From a virus (taxonomy: Duplodnaviria; Caudoviricetes), in the IMG/VR virus record IMGVR_UViG_3300049491_000113, positions 1 through 32,524 of that record: DNA of 32,524 nt; one strand, 5' to 3'. Position numbers and translations under genes: made by a program. The first letter of the stretch is position 1, and every line of letters starts with the position of its first letter. The notes beneath the pieces were generated by a model that searched no databases, was not told the origin of the DNA, and saw only the letters and a program-made list of their open reading frames with translations. Below, in pieces: positions 19,988 to 28,056 of the stretch.

Positions 19988-20986
19988 TTATGCTACCGCA
20001 GCCTCAGTTTCAAGCAAGCTATCACATTTTTTAATAGGTACACCACGGAATGCGTAGATCATTTTTCCGTCTACTACTGAGTAATCTAATTGACCACCAG
20101 CTTGAACGTCATCTCTACGTTGGATGTCTAACATTTGAAACACTGTACGGTTCATGTAAAATACACATTTGCCCATGTTCATGTTTGGTAAACGATGTAA
20201 CGCTTTAATCATAAGTGTTGGCAAATCTGCGCCAGAACCTGCGATTAATGCAGAGATATCGATGTTACAAATACGAACAACATAACGCCAGTCTTTAAGC
20301 GCAATGCCAGCTTTCCATTTCCAGTGATCACGGTAAGCTTGGAAAACAGAACCTGCGATGCCAGTACCGTCTTCAACAGTTTGCTCGCCAAGATCTTTAT
20401 GCTCTAAACCTGCTTTTGATCCTTTAGGAAAAATTCCGTGAACAGTAGATTGGCCCCAACATACTAAATAAATTGATGAATTGTCAGAACCAGAACCACC
20501 AGCATTGATGATGTTTTGGCCGTTAGCCGCAGATAAAGATGAATAACGAACTGACAAGCCGTTAAACTCTTCAGGCGACAAAGATGAGTTTCCGTAGAAA
20601 ATCGTCTGAGCCATCTCTTGATTCATTGCCTCAAGAAATGCTTGTGCTTCGCCTAAACGGAAACTTGCAGAGTTACCATTTAAGTTTGCTAACTCAATAT
20701 CAACAGCTGAGTAAGCCTCAAGCATACCGATACCTTCGTCAACTTGCGCAGTTGTTGATTTTGAAGGTGGAACACCTTTATTCAATAAACGCCAGAAAAC
20801 GTTCGGTAATCCAGTACGGATTGTTGTTCTATGTCCAGTTGGTAAGTTACCCTCTAAGAATAACATATCATCTAGAATTTCATTTGTTTGAGATAAAATC
20901 TCAGCGATTGCCGCTGCTTTTCCATCTGGATCTAGTTTTTTCGCGAAGTCTTTTAACGTCGCTACATTTGATGCTAATAAAGCCAT
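19988..20986 (-). CDS. Major capsid protein (BPP-1 Bbp17 / epsilon15 gp7-like, HK97 fold)
   Basis: 332 aa; E.L.QTNEIL.DM...EGN..TGH.TT.RTGLP...WR..N.GV, F.GL..RY, DWRYVVRI.NID, FRGVPI motifs; strong SD. Confidence 0.95.
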   Translation of the reverse strand: MALLASNVATLKDFAKKLDPDGKAAAIAEILSQTNEILDDMLFLEGNLPTGHRTTIRTGLPNVFWRLLNKGVPPSKSTTAQVDEGIGMLEAYSAVDIELANLNGNSASFRLGEAQAFLEAMNQEMAQTIFYGNSSLSPEEFNGLSVRYSSLSAANGQNIINAGGSGSDNSSIYLVCWGQSTVHGIFPKGSKAGLEHKDLGEQTVEDGTGIAGSVFQAYRDHWKWKAGIALKDWRYVVRICNIDISALIAGSGADLPTLMIKALHRLPNMNMGKCVFYMNRTVFQMLDIQRRDDVQAGGQLDYSVVDGKMIYAFRGVPIKKCDSLLETEAAVA

Positions 20987-21020
20987 ATAATTTTCTCCTT
21001 AAAATTATTAAATTTAATTT

Positions 21021-21650
21021 TTATTCTTGTGTCATTTCAGGATAAAACTTCGACTCAAGTGACGATGTTTTAGCGGCTTTGCTACCTGGTGCCTGCACAA
21101 GTTTAGAGTCTTGCAATGTCTTACCGACACGCGCAAAAACTCTAACAAGCTCAGGATGATTGCCATAGCCCGAATCATCAAGGATTTTTTTTAAGTCTGG
21201 ACTTGCAAATTTATCCAAAGCTCGTCTCGCTAACGAAACAGTCTCTGTATATTTATCGCCGCCAAGCTCTTTGTCAGACTTGATATCACTAGCCCATTGC
21301 TTAACTTGAATCTCATGTTTTTCCTGAATACGTTTAGTAAATAAATCAACAGAGTTTAAACGTGCATCTAAGATTTTCTGAGCCTGCTCTTGAGTAAGAC
21401 TATTCTCTTTAGCCATTGCTAAGACTTCATCTACTTCTGCCTGCTCAATCTGCGCACCGTCTGGTAACTTAAGAGCTATTTCGCCCTCTGGTTTTAACTC
21501 TTCTGTTGGTTTTTCTACATCTTCCTTTACAACCTCTGGTGTTTCTACAACTGGTTCTTTTTTCTTAACCTCTTGATTAAAAAATTTCTCAGCATCAACA
21601 ACAGGGTTTTCTGCTACTTCGGTATTAGTTGTTACGTCATCCGTTGTCAT
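21021..21650 (-). CDS. Capsid scaffolding/assembly protein
   Basis: 209 aa; acidic N-terminus; D.E.GG and G.GNHPE.VR.F..VG motifs; immediately upstream of the major capsid gene. Confidence 0.75.
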   Translation of the reverse strand: MTTDDVTTNTEVAENPVVDAEKFFNQEVKKKEPVVETPEVVKEDVEKPTEELKPEGEIALKLPDGAQIEQAEVDEVLAMAKENSLTQEQAQKILDARLNSVDLFTKRIQEKHEIQVKQWASDIKSDKELGGDKYTETVSLARRALDKFASPDLKKILDDSGYGNHPELVRVFARVGKTLQDSKLVQAPGSKAAKTSSLESKFYPEMTQE

Positions 21651-21946
21651 TTTAACCTCTCTTCTTTGTTCTCTTTGATCATTAATAAATACGACTCTGG
21701 ATCAAACTCCATAATCTCATTTAATATATTTAAACCTATTTCTCTTCGACCTTCGTTGTAGTATGTGGTCGAACCACTTGTTACAGCCGAAATCTGATAC
21801 ACTCCACACTTCGCCATTAAACGCCATAAATATCTGCGCCCTTGTCTGTGCGAAAGTAAAAAAACCAAATCATCTTTTTCAATGTTCTGGCGACTCTTAT
21901 CTTTTTTATCCATCTTATCAACAAATTTTTGGTCTGCTGTATTCAT
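21647..21946 (-). CDS. Bbp19-like protein
   Basis: 99 aa; GRR.LWRL...CG.......YNEG.R..GL motif; between portal and scaffold. Confidence 0.75.
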   Translation of the reverse strand: MNTADQKFVDKMDKKDKSRQNIEKDDLVFLLSHRQGRRYLWRLMAKCGVYQISAVTSGSTTYYNEGRREIGLNILNEIMEFDPESYLLMIKENKEERLK

Positions 21947-23706
21947 TAAATACCCGCTATAGGATTACCAATTTGACCACTTTGCGCGCGGTCAATTAAC
22001 AAACCTAGTCCATTGTCGTCTTCAATTTTGCTTTGGGATAAATCTTTAGCCGTAGCTGCTTGCATTTGAGCCTGCTCTGCTTGCTGCATTGCTTGTTGTC
22101 TTGCGGCCATCTCAGCACGAATCTCAGCAACCTCGTCATCAGATCTAACAACGCCAGCTGGTAAACTTACTAACTCAGAATAAACATCTATTAACTGGTC
22201 TGCAGAAATCTTTTGTAATACAGACGGATCGTATTGTGCAACTTGACCTGCGTATGATGTAAATCTCTCAACCGCTCCAATACCGATAAGCTTCTGAGCC
22301 TGAGCCATAATAGAAATATACTCGATCTTTAGATCTTGCCCTTGTAACTCTTCAGGCGCTGGTGGGATCAATCCCTGATCCAACATGATCGCAAACGTGT
22401 TATCAATCAGAGGGTCAAGTAAGTCTTGGTTAAGCTGTTCTAAAACAGGCCCTAATGCCAATAACTTCTCTTCGTGCCTCTCTTCAATCTCACGAGCTGT
22501 GATCTGCCTGCGGTCCGATGCAGCCAGCATTAAAAACAAGTCTTCGTAAAATCCACGCTGAATACGGTTTCTAATCTGTTGTGATTTTTCTTCTAACTCA
22601 CGAACAGAAAAACGTACCTCATGGATAGGGCGAAGACCTTGCTGGCCTTCACGAATATCTGTAAACGTCACGTCACCTGGAAGTAAACTTACCTTTTGAT
22701 TACGCATACCCGTAGGTGCAGTCATCGGCGGGTTAACCATTTTCTCAATCGCTTGCAGAGATCTCTTTTCATGTAACTGTAATTGCTTAATGTCTGGTAG
22801 TGTATCCATGCCAGGGCACGATGTACCGTAAACATCTTGACCATTTAGTTCCCAACGCGGACACAAGATAGGGAAAAACGAATGGCCTTGTTTACGTAGC
22901 ACTCGCTCTTCATCTAAATTTAATCCAGAGTCATTGTTTTTACCAGCCTCTAAATAAATACTTAAAAACTTTTTCTTTAACGGGTCATCACTGTCTGGCT
23001 CGTACTGATCATTCGGAATAATGTAATGATATACGTCAATCCAATCTTCATACATGCCATTCATCCATTGGTTTTTAATTGTCTCAGACAACTTACTCCA
23101 ATTGATGTCTTGCGGCTTATCAGGGTTTGTTATTCCAAATTCTTGAACTAACTGTCTTACAGTCATTCTAAACTCACGGTGAAATACGCGAACTTTTAAT
23201 TTAGAATCATTTGCAATACTAAACGAGCCTACCGGAAAAACAGAAAAACGAACTACTTCGTCAAAATCTTCTTCCATATATAATGCTGAAGTCCCAAATG
23301 CTCCGATGGCTTTATATAAAATCGGCAATGCATTGTATAAATTACTACGTAAAAATACAGTAGTCATACGACGGCCAACTTCATCTAGCCATGTTTTAAC
23401 ATCTGATGATTCTGCCTGTTGTGGGTCGCTTACTGTTAAGCGAAACCACGGGCGAGCAGGAGACGTAACCCCTGACATCATCCCAGACGACAACGTTCGT
23501 AGAGCTAAACTGCCCGTTGAATCAATAATCTTTTGTTGGCGCTTATCACCCTGATTAGTATCAGACGTTGAAAACCTATAACCCCTAGGCCAGATATGAT
23601 CGCCAATGTCTCGCCAGTGTGACTCAAAACTAGAACGCTCATTTGCAAGCTGTGTTCTAACTAGCTCGAAATATCTACGCGTTGATAAATCTTTTATTTT
23701 TCTCAT
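21946..23706 (-). CDS. Portal protein (head-to-tail connector)
   Basis: 586 aa; L.SGMMSG.TSPARPWFRL, SN.Y, FGT, RW....DVYG..PG...L.D.K.LQ, TA.EI..R.EEK...LGPVL motifs. Confidence 0.95.
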   Translation of the reverse strand: MRKIKDLSTRRYFELVRTQLANERSSFESHWRDIGDHIWPRGYRFSTSDTNQGDKRQQKIIDSTGSLALRTLSSGMMSGVTSPARPWFRLTVSDPQQAESSDVKTWLDEVGRRMTTVFLRSNLYNALPILYKAIGAFGTSALYMEEDFDEVVRFSVFPVGSFSIANDSKLKVRVFHREFRMTVRQLVQEFGITNPDKPQDINWSKLSETIKNQWMNGMYEDWIDVYHYIIPNDQYEPDSDDPLKKKFLSIYLEAGKNNDSGLNLDEERVLRKQGHSFFPILCPRWELNGQDVYGTSCPGMDTLPDIKQLQLHEKRSLQAIEKMVNPPMTAPTGMRNQKVSLLPGDVTFTDIREGQQGLRPIHEVRFSVRELEEKSQQIRNRIQRGFYEDLFLMLAASDRRQITAREIEERHEEKLLALGPVLEQLNQDLLDPLIDNTFAIMLDQGLIPPAPEELQGQDLKIEYISIMAQAQKLIGIGAVERFTSYAGQVAQYDPSVLQKISADQLIDVYSELVSLPAGVVRSDDEVAEIRAEMAARQQAMQQAEQAQMQAATAKDLSQSKIEDDNGLGLLIDRAQSGQIGNPIAGI

Positions 23707-23710
23707 TAAA

Positions 23711-24085
23711 TTACATTCCTAAAAGCGTCTTGCCGCCCATGTTGCTACCACCAAGTGAGTCAGTAAACTCTTCGCTAGCTCCTAAAATCGTAGCGTCACG
23801 GCCCGCTGATCTTGCTGCTAGCTGTTTAGCCAAAGCTTGTGATCGCATCTTTGCTTGTTTTTCTCTTGCAGCGGCGTTTGATTTATCAGTTTCTTGAGCG
23901 GCTATTTGATTTTTAAAATCAGTCTCTTGCTTGTTTATGGCTTTTTTTGCAGCAGAACGCTGTCTGTTTGATTGGTTTACTAAATAGCCACCTAAGTTAA
24001 GATTTGTTAAACCCTCAACGCCTGCATCATTTCTCTCTAATCCAGTTTCAATCGCAGTTGCGATATTTCTAAATGCACCAGCCAT
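23711..24085 (-). CDS. Hypothetical virion-associated protein
   Basis: 124 aa; GR..TIL and C-terminal KTLLG motif typical of the small gene preceding portals in this group. Confidence 0.6.
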   Translation of the reverse strand: MAGAFRNIATAIETGLERNDAGVEGLTNLNLGGYLVNQSNRQRSAAKKAINKQETDFKNQIAAQETDKSNAAAREKQAKMRSQALAKQLAARSAGRDATILGASEEFTDSLGGSNMGGKTLLGM

Positions 24086-24086
24086 A

Positions 24087-24542
24087 TTATGTATTCTCCA
24101 TCATAAAATTCATTTCTTTATATTTAAAACCCATTGCCTTAATTGATTCAGGCTTAACAGGTGACTTATCTTCAATGGTCATGATGCACCAATCAAATAC
24201 AGATCCCGCATCTTTAAACGCTTTTAATAGTAAATACCCGCTACGGCCCGATCTAAACTCAGGCTTAACCCACCAGAAAACTTCTGTAAGTACAGACTTC
24301 TCAGGGTTAAACATATGCTGAGATATAAAACCAGTAATAAAACCAGTCTTTATACCGTCACGTTCGCAGATAAAAAATATGTGTTGTTCGATTAAATTTG
24401 TAATAAACCGAGTACCATACTCAGTCTTTACACAACCCATAAACAAGCTTGATTCGTAAAATTCTGTAAACGCTACTAATTCATCCTGAATAAAATTCAA
24501 GTCTTCAATAGTCGCAGTCCGAACAAAATACCCCAAGCCCAC
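24087..24542 (-). CDS. GNAT-family acetyltransferase-like protein
   Basis: 151 aa; VR.AT.ED, E.FWWVKPEFRSGRSG..LL acetyl-CoA-binding motif A, and ..MGFK; GTG start uncertain. Confidence 0.75.
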   Translation of the reverse strand: MGLGYFVRTATIEDLNFIQDELVAFTEFYESSLFMGCVKTEYGTRFITNLIEQHIFFICERDGIKTGFITGFISQHMFNPEKSVLTEVFWWVKPEFRSGRSGYLLLKAFKDAGSVFDWCIMTIEDKSPVKPESIKAMGFKYKEMNFMMENT

Positions 24543-24635
24543 CCCCGACTGTCGAATGATATGATCGATTGATCGTTTATTTAGGCAACAGTCATCACAG
24601 CTTTTATCGTGTAGGCAGCTGCGCGGATTATCAAG

Positions 24636-26128
24636 CTATTTAAACGGATCGTACTTCTCTTTTAAGCCAGCCATAGGATCATAGTCTGATACAACATTTT
24701 TACCCATTTGAACTCTATGAACCACACCAAGTTCACCCGTCATCGTAGGCATTTCTTCGAGACAAAATGTCAAAGATAGGCTGTCCGCGCGATCCGGTGA
24801 GAACTTTAAACGTTTAATGATCTGCTCTTTTTCTTCAAGCGCAAATTTACCATTCTTAAAACCATACTTTGGTGCAGTTAATTCTTTCTTTAAAGCGGCA
24901 TTGTCAGGCAAAGAACCACCTCGCTCTAACCATTCCTTCATTCGAAACCACATCTCACTTCGTTTATTTGCGTAAACTGGACTGTCAGCTTTACCTGAGA
25001 AATGAACTTCAAACGGTTGAAACCCAGATGCAGTCATTGAATCAACTAATCCAGATCCAAAGCCGCCAGTGCCGTCAACAAACTCACACTCAGAACCCCA
25101 CTTAACTTTAGCAGCAATAACCTGAGCCGCTTGAACATTTGATCGATCTTTAGCCAATTCTTTGAAATTAAATGCCTGCAATCCTTGTCTGGGGAACATA
25201 ATAGTTTTATCCATACCGCCACGAGCAACGTCGACACCGATACGTTTTTGCGACCACTCGTAATCATGCTGATGGATTTTTCTGTTCATTGCAGCTTCGA
25301 CTAGCTCTAGTGATATTAACTGAGACGTGCCACCTGGTGGGAACTCGCCTAGAATTGTAGCCATAACCCACGGATCGTCGCGTCCGTATTTCTTGATCAT
25401 CTCTTCAGCATGAACAATATCAACACGCGGAGTACGCTTTGGATCTTTAGGATCTGCTGTGATCTTTATTGTATCCCAAACATCCAACCCATTCGTGCAA
25501 ACATCATATAATAAACCAGTCGTTGATGTTGGATTACCCGCAGTCATTATTAAACCGTCAACAGTGCCGCCCGTAAAAATCTGTTCTGCTTTTTTCTGTA
25601 GCTCGGCTGGCATATCACCAGACTCATCTAATAAAATAAACGGATAAGGACTATGTAAACCAGACAGTGATCGACCTAGAGATTCAGGATCCGCATCTTT
25701 AGGGTAACTTCGTGCAGATAAAAACCACGTCTCTTTAAAGTCGTTGTTATAAATGCGTTCCTTATTCCATGTGAATTGAGATTTAAGAAATTCTGATTTC
25801 TGCATCCATTTATGGCACTCTGACCATAAATTATCTTGTAAGTTATCCCATCCTTCACCGGATAAAGCAGCACCTTTAGGATGATTTCCGTGACCTGCAT
25901 ACATTGCTAATCGATACCAAGCTACCCAAGCTAGGACAGCAGACTTACCAGGTCCAGTTAAGTACAGGCTCGCATAGCAACCCTACGTCGAACCTGTCCT
26001 TTCTTTACCATGAGCATTAATGTGTCAACTTGCCAAAGATCTGGCTCTACGGAAAACAAATCTCGTACAAATTGCACGGGATCATTACGCCAGATTCTAA
26101 GCTTGTCTTTGGCTACTGTGTTGCTCAT
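24636..26128 (-). CDS. terL: Terminase large subunit, interrupted by a 5-nt insert in the Walker A motif (recoded gene or pseudogene)
   Basis: 5' ORF 26128-25958 (56 aa, MSNTVAKDKLRIWRNDPVQFVRDLFSVEPDLWQ...RRVAMRACT*) plus a second frame from 25955 (GPGKSAVLAW...ILLDESG...GNPT...GVDVARGG.D...SPDRAD). Removing 5 nt gives about 495 aa with ACTGPGKS. Confidence 0.9.
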
Positions 26129-26158
26129 GTTATCAGTGAAACATAACTTTATAAATAA

Positions 26159-26743
26159 TCAACCCTTGAACTCGAATATCAAGATAAAATCCTGATCGCA
26201 TCTGTCACGGTACAGTTGAGGCAGGATCTCTTCATCTGGACCAATGTCTGCCATGAAGTTACGATCTTCGGTTCTGTAACATAAGTAAGGTAATTCAGAG
26301 CAATAGATTTTTTCTGTTCCAATTTGGAATATATAGTCGTAGCCGGTGCCTAGGTATTGGGTTGCGTTTTTAACAGCAGTAAATCTTATGTACTTTGGAA
26401 GGTTGGGCCTAGCCACTGCTACAAATTTAACATGATACAACCACTTAATTAGATCAGCTTCACGAACTCCGCCGACATTAACTTTATCCACAAACTTATC
26501 CCCAACAGCTTCAACGATCTTACCGTCACCTATATACATAACAGCGTGGTCGTAATCGCCTGGTATGAGAGCAGACGTAGGCCTGCCAGACTCGTGAGAT
26601 ACTAAAATGTCACCAGGTTCTATTAGTTTTAAAATGTGATTTACTATTTCAGGCGTGATAGGTGACTCTTGCCGACCAGTTCGCTGCAAAAGCTTTTGAA
26701 CTGGTATCAGTAGCCATAAAAACAACCGCTTTAGTTTAGCCAT
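26159..26743 (-). CDS. Permuted papain-like NlpC/P60 enzyme (YiiX/YaeF family)
   Basis: 194 aa; PGDIL...IPG.YDHA.MY.G...IVEA (His first), then G..YD..F.....YCSEL (Cys later), i.e. circularly permuted catalytic order. Confidence 0.85.
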   Translation of the reverse strand: MAKLKRLFLWLLIPVQKLLQRTGRQESPITPEIVNHILKLIEPGDILVSHESGRPTSALIPGDYDHAVMYIGDGKIVEAVGDKFVDKVNVGGVREADLIKWLYHVKFVAVARPNLPKYIRFTAVKNATQYLGTGYDYIFQIGTEKIYCSELPYLCYRTEDRNFMADIGPDEEILPQLYRDRCDQDFILIFEFKG

Positions 26744-27250
26744 CTATGACTCTGGCTCATCAATCTGTGCTAATAAATCAACCAGCGTAACTTTGCCGGT
26801 GATTTCTTTCTTATCGGTTAATAAGCCTGTTATTTTTGAGTGTGAGTCTAGTGCTTTGATCTTATCAACGAACTCAACAGCGCCATCGCTAGAGATTTTT
26901 TTGATGGCTGCAGTTAGTGATTCAGGCATCTCATGGATCTTCTTAGGCGTACCGTCTGCGTTAACAGCGTCTTTGATGTTATACATGCTTAAAGCACGAT
27001 ATTCTTTCTCAGCACGTTCTCGGTCGTATTCTTTACGATCGATCAACGCTAGGTCATAGCGCTTCTTATATTCGTCTTTAGATCTTATGTAGGCCATGAT
27101 GCCTGAGTAATCGATTTGAAACTCACGGCATAAATCTATAGCAGATCCGCCGTTTTGAACGTGGCGAATAATAATGTCTATCATTTGAGGGTCTGACTTA
27201 GCTGCTAATGTTCTAAGGTCTTTGGATTTTGCCACGGTTTTAGGATGCAT
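26744..27250 (-). CDS. terS: Terminase small subunit
   Basis: 168 aa; N-terminal HTH-like segment, DG..K..HE.P.....AI..I and DK.KAL.....G...DK.E..G motifs; upstream of terL. Confidence 0.75.
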   Translation of the reverse strand: MHPKTVAKSKDLRTLAAKSDPQMIDIIIRHVQNGGSAIDLCREFQIDYSGIMAYIRSKDEYKKRYDLALIDRKEYDRERAEKEYRALSMYNIKDAVNADGTPKKIHEMPESLTAAIKKISSDGAVEFVDKIKALDSHSKITGLLTDKKEITGKVTLVDLLAQIDEPES

Positions 27251-27397
27251 TAATAATGCGGTTAATCAAGAAAAATAGCCAATAAGCCGTCTAGTTAGTT
27301 TTAATGCATGGCTGAAGCTTATCGACTCAAAATAAATTCATACTACAGTAGGGGGGTGGATTAAAAATAAATAACTGGGCGTTATATTTTTGCGAAT

Positions 27398-27745
27398 TTA
27401 AAACATACCCTTATCCTCTTCTTTTTCAAAAATTCTATATGTAGCCCCATTTTCTCCAGGTCCAGACTCTTTAAAAATAAATACTGTTTCAACAGCACCT
27501 GTCGTAAAGTCATAATTTTCGAATACTCTTAAATAAGAAAACTCTTTATCATTTTGGTAAGAATGTAATTTGTATATTTCATGGGCTCTTGCTGCAGTCT
27601 TTATTCTTTCTAAAATTGCGTGGTCTGATTTATCACTCATTTCTGTTGGAAGCTTTAGCCAATCTTCTAGTGAATACCCCTTGCTGTAAAAGTAATCATC
27701 TGGACTTGTTGCTATCGATCCATCTTTGTTTTTTAAAATTTGCAT
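27398..27745 (-). CDS. Hypothetical protein (115 aa)
   Basis: Start revised from the ORF track to the ATG at 27745, which follows a strong SD (AAGGAG). Confidence 0.6.
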   Translation of the reverse strand: MQILKNKDGSIATSPDDYFYSKGYSLEDWLKLPTEMSDKSDHAILERIKTAARAHEIYKLHSYQNDKEFSYLRVFENYDFTTGAVETVFIFKESGPGENGATYRIFEKEEDKGMF

Positions 27746-27834
27746 GTTTTTCTCCTTTTTAAATTCCATGCCTTTAAGGGGGTTTAGCCACAATAAATTA
27801 AGAGCACTTTGTATACTTTATAAAATGACGCAGG

Positions 27835-28040
27835 TGCTTGTACCCTGTACCTCATCTCAAACCCCGTTTTCCTAAACTCCTATACCAATAGAAATACCTA
27901 TTTTGCGATTTCTCATATTACCCTTCCATTAAAGTCTTAATATAGATACGGTACATAGGGTACATAGGGTACTTATTGAAATCATTGATCTTTTTCTGCA
28001 CCTCAACTTGTACCGCATCTTTTACACCGCATCTTTTTTC
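27835..28040. repeat. Iteron-like repeat array, putative replication origin
   Basis: GTACC at 27840 and 27847; inverted GGTAC x3 within tandem GGTACATAG (27950-27972); GTACC at 28010; ACCGCATCTTTT x2 (28012, 28026); non-coding and immediately downstream of the primase-helicase gene. Confidence 0.6.
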
Positions 28041-28056
28041 GTGTTTTAATCCGTTT

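Noticed and set aside
20584-21045. + strand 153-aa ORF and the other short + strand ORFs within structural genes
   Set aside because: Antisense to well-supported genes, with no SD or recognisable motifs
24636-25904. ORF-track 422-aa protein as the complete terminase
   Set aside because: It lacks the N-terminal adenine-binding region and Walker A, which are encoded upstream (26128-25941) across two frames
25955-25963. Self-splicing intron or intein at the terL break
   Set aside because: Only 5 extra nt are present, far too few for a ribozyme core or intein; removing TAACTG (ending in G) would not restore the frame
27340-27400. G-run (GGGGGG) upstream of terS as a pac/terminus site
   Set aside because: Position is suggestive but nothing else supports it; read-end mapping would be needed
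27835-28040. CRISPR array
   Set aside because: Repeats are 5-12 bp, irregularly spaced and in both orientations; no repeat-spacer periodicity
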